Below are positions 62,051-64,000 of a stretch of DNA of 64,000 nucleotides, piece by piece; the first letter of the stretch is position 1; the number at the start of each line of letters is the position of its first letter. Origin of the DNA: Verrucomicrobiota bacterium (GTDB lineage Bacteria > Verrucomicrobiota > Verrucomicrobiia > Limisphaerales > CANJXF01); assembly GCA_038214755.1 (NCBI GenBank), contig JBBQRQ010000009.1, positions 9,587-73,586 of the forward strand. The letters are read 5' to 3'. The notes below the pieces were generated by a model. The model had not been told where the DNA came from, did no database searches, and saw nothing but the letters and a program-made list of their open reading frames with translations. Made by a program: the position numbers and the translations under genes.

Positions 62051-62079
62051 GGGTAGCATCTGCCTCCGGCGGGTGCGAA
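62051..62079. repeat. REP-like family A, single copy
   Basis: gggtagcatctgcctccggcgggtgcgaa is identical to 48248-48276. Confidence 0.9.
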
Positions 62080-62102
62080 ATCATTCCCAAATCTGATCGC
62101 GC

Positions 62103-62987
62103 TTAAAGAATTCTTTCGCAGCGCAAATTCACTTTGAGCGAGGACGTTTTTCCCGGCGCGAGGCTCAATTTGTTTTCTGAAACATTTCCCGACTCCACAC
62201 AGACCATCCGCAAATATTCTTCGTCGCCGAAATCGGCCATCGCCTTGGCCTTCTCAATCCACGGGTTCCAAACTACCGTCGAGATTGACCCTTCTTTCTC
62301 GATGAGAATTTTGCGGCGCAATTTGGAATCACGAATTTCCACCGTCCCGGATGTGCTCAAGTAAACCCGGTCCGTCTCGCCCGAAAATGTGATCGCATCG
62401 CCGCTTTCTTTTCTCCGCGCGAAATTTTCCGGCTTGTCGAGATAGTCCGTGCCTTTCAGTCCCGTGACTTTCACTTCACGGATGTCGCCGACCGCAAAAT
62501 AAGTGTGGAGACAATTCTCGAGCGAAAGATTTTCGTGCGATTGATTCGCGATTCTCAATTCGAGCGAAAGCGTTTCGCCAACCGTCACAAAATATTCCGC
62601 CGAAAATTCCGGAAACTCCGCCGCCTCGGGAGCTTTCGGCAGGCTCAATTGCAGAGTCACCGCGTCACCGTGAGTGTGAGTTAAAATTTCTTTCAACTCC
62701 CACGTCTGGGTTCGCGCAAAGCCATGCATCGGTTTCCCCTCGCGCGCGCCGAACCACGGAAAAATAATCGGCACGCCGCCGCGAATCGGCTGGCCTTTTT
62801 CAAAGCGGCTTTTTTCGCTCAAAAATAAAAGAGGCGCTTCGCCTTTGCGCTGGAATTTTGTGACATGCGCGCCCTGTAAATAAATTTCCGCGTCGCTGGC
62901 GGGTGTTTGGACTGCGATCCGTGGCAATCCCCCATTGCCGTTGTTAAAAGTCACGCCGGATTTCGGATGAACGTTGTGTTGCGTCAT
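62103..62987 (-). CDS. D-hexose-6-phosphate mutarotase (aldose 1-epimerase family, YeaD-like)
   Basis: IRGGVPIIFPWFG..KPMHGFARTQTWEL is the family hallmark. Start at MTQHNVHPKSG (62987) is preferred. Confidence 0.8.
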   Translation of the reverse strand: MTQHNVHPKSGVTFNNGNGGLPRIAVQTPASDAEIYLQGAHVTKFQRKGEAPLLFLSEKSRFEKGQPIRGGVPIIFPWFGAREGKPMHGFARTQTWELKEILTHTHGDAVTLQLSLPKAPEAAEFPEFSAEYFVTVGETLSLELRIANQSHENLSLENCLHTYFAVGDIREVKVTGLKGTDYLDKPENFARRKESGDAITFSGETDRVYLSTSGTVEIRDSKLRRKILIEKEGSISTVVWNPWIEKAKAMADFGDEEYLRMVCVESGNVSENKLSLAPGKTSSLKVNLRCERIL

Positions 62988-63128
62988 GGCGCGTGCAGCA
63001 TTGTCGAAAAAGCCAGACGCTGCAACGAGGAAGCCAAGAGGATTTTTATAAAAAAACACCTGCAAAAAAATTCGAGGCGGACAAACCTAAGCTGTCCGCC
63101 TCGTTGGCGATTACTTCAGACTAGACGC

Positions 63129-64000
63129 TCACGGACATGTCGGGCAGGGCGCCAGGGGGCTTGGGGCCAACCCGTCGGGAAACACGTCGAAGAACGAATT
63201 TAACTCTGGAATTTGAAGGTCGAAGAACATATGCGAGAACGAATCGATCATCAGTTCGTGCGTGTGCATATCCATTTCGTCCGTTTCTCCGCTGCCTAAC
63301 TCCATCCAACCCTGCGGATCGTCCAGGCGCGGGTTCACTCGAACAACGCCATCGCCTTCCCACTGGAGTCTCAATGTATTTCCGTTGGGATTTCGGGTGG
63401 GACTTCCGGTCGTAAGCCCCGGGGTGCAACAGCAGATGTTCACGTTGTCCAGATAGACGAAGCCCAGTTGGTAAGGCGCGACACCGGCTGGCACTTGTCC
63501 CGCGCGAATGATCAGCGCGTCCCAGACACCTTGCTGCGGAACAAGGAAACAGGCGGGTACCGGCAATGTGGTTTGCCAACCGACTTTTTGCGTCACACGT
63601 TCACGATGGATGACCTGTTGTTGAGCGGGGTTCGCCCAATTGGCGAGAACGAATTCGATGATCACAGGCCCAGGTGATGATTCCGCCAAAGACAAACACG
63701 CGCGCAACCGGAAACGTTTTCCATTGGGCAAAGGCGCGACTAACTGACCAATCATCGATTCAGTCACGAATCCACCCGTCGTGGTGTAACCGCCTTCCAG
63801 ACCGGCGTAGTTTTTTCCCTCGCACGGATTTTCCTGACCTCGGCAATTGACGGGAACACCTGCGGCAGGCCGGAACAAGTTCGGCGTGCCGAGAAGCGAA
63901 CGCCACGGTGGGGCGAGATCGACCAAATCGTTGCAGGGATCGGGCGGGGGTGCGTTGGGGCTCACGGTTTCGAAGCTCGGATTTCTCAAGTAGCAACCCT
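63129..64000 (-). CDS. hypothetical Cys-containing protein (5' end may lie beyond the window)
   Basis: The frame stays open to the window edge upstream of TTG 63989. No recognisable motifs. Confidence 0.45.
   Translation of the reverse strand, partial: GCYLRNPSFETVSPNAPPPDPCNDLVDLAPPWRSLLGTPNLFRPAAGVPVNCRGQENPCEGKNYAGLEGGYTTTGGFVTESMIGQLVAPLPNGKRFRLRACLSLAESSPGPVIIEFVLANWANPAQQQVIHRERVTQKVGWQTTLPVPACFLVPQQGVWDALIIRAGQVPAGVAPYQLGFVYLDNVNICCCTPGLTTGSPTRNPNGNTLRLQWEGDGVVRVNPRLDDPQGWMELGSGETDEMDMHTHELMIDSFSHMFFDLQIPELNSFFDVFPDGLAPSPLAPCPTCP

Noticed and set aside
1-64000. Search for tRNA, rRNA, CRISPR arrays, transposases, integrases or phage genes
   Set aside because: I recognised none by eye: no T-loop/acceptor-type cloverleaf candidates, no rRNA-like conserved stretches and no DDE or tyrosine-recombinase motifs. 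The accessory character of 2.8-50 kb therefore cannot be attributed to a classical mobile element from this window alone.

Overview
This 64-kb window looks like chromosomal DNA from a PVC-group bacterium, most likely Verrucomicrobiota. That is an inference from GloVer ('Gloeo_Verruco') tandem repeats, a PEP-CTERM tail, a prepilin-type protein and many families of short palindromic repeats.

Layout:
- 1-2.2 kb: an aldehyde dehydrogenase (5'-truncated by the window edge) and a class-III aminotransferase.
- 2.8-39.4 kb: an accessory-looking block dominated by very large signal-peptide proteins. Their domains include Ig-like, LamG, Kelch, PKD, GloVer, beta-helix, choice-of-anchor-type, TSP3-like and C-type-lectin-like. 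Between them sit exported deacetylases, glycoside-hydrolase-like proteins, a metzincin-like protease, a PEP-CTERM protein and a prepilin-like protein.
- 39.4-50.2 kb: VapBC, a 1651-aa RHS protein with a novel C-terminal module plus LysM, a nucleoside-2-deoxyribosyltransferase-like protein, ispA, and a small toxin-antitoxin island (DUF4160/DUF2442, ParE-type pair, Uma2 nuclease).
- 50.2-58.7 kb: two tandem divergent UvrA paralogues separated by BON and DUF3309 genes, followed by an orphan methyltransferase.
- 58.8-64 kb: rpsP-KH-trmD-rplS, a Cys-rich small secreted protein, a membrane J-domain protein, a hexose-6-P mutarotase and a partial hypothetical gene.

I recognised no rRNA, tRNA, CRISPR array, transposase or integrase.

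The most interesting observations are:
1. At least eight repeat or low-complexity stretches (six clearly palindromic) are translated in-frame inside the two UvrA paralogues, resembling Rickettsia palindromic elements (RPEs).
2. Several REP-like repeat families punctuate intergenic spacers.
3. Eight of the giant secreted proteins share a C-terminal ~60-80 aa module ending in [FY]YR, which may be a sorting or anchoring domain.
4. The RHS protein ends in an AT-richer glycine-zipper-like module plus LysM, with no obvious immunity gene.
5. A UvrA paralogue is translationally coupled to a Uma2 nuclease.

All homology statements come from motif recognition by eye. No database search or computation was run.
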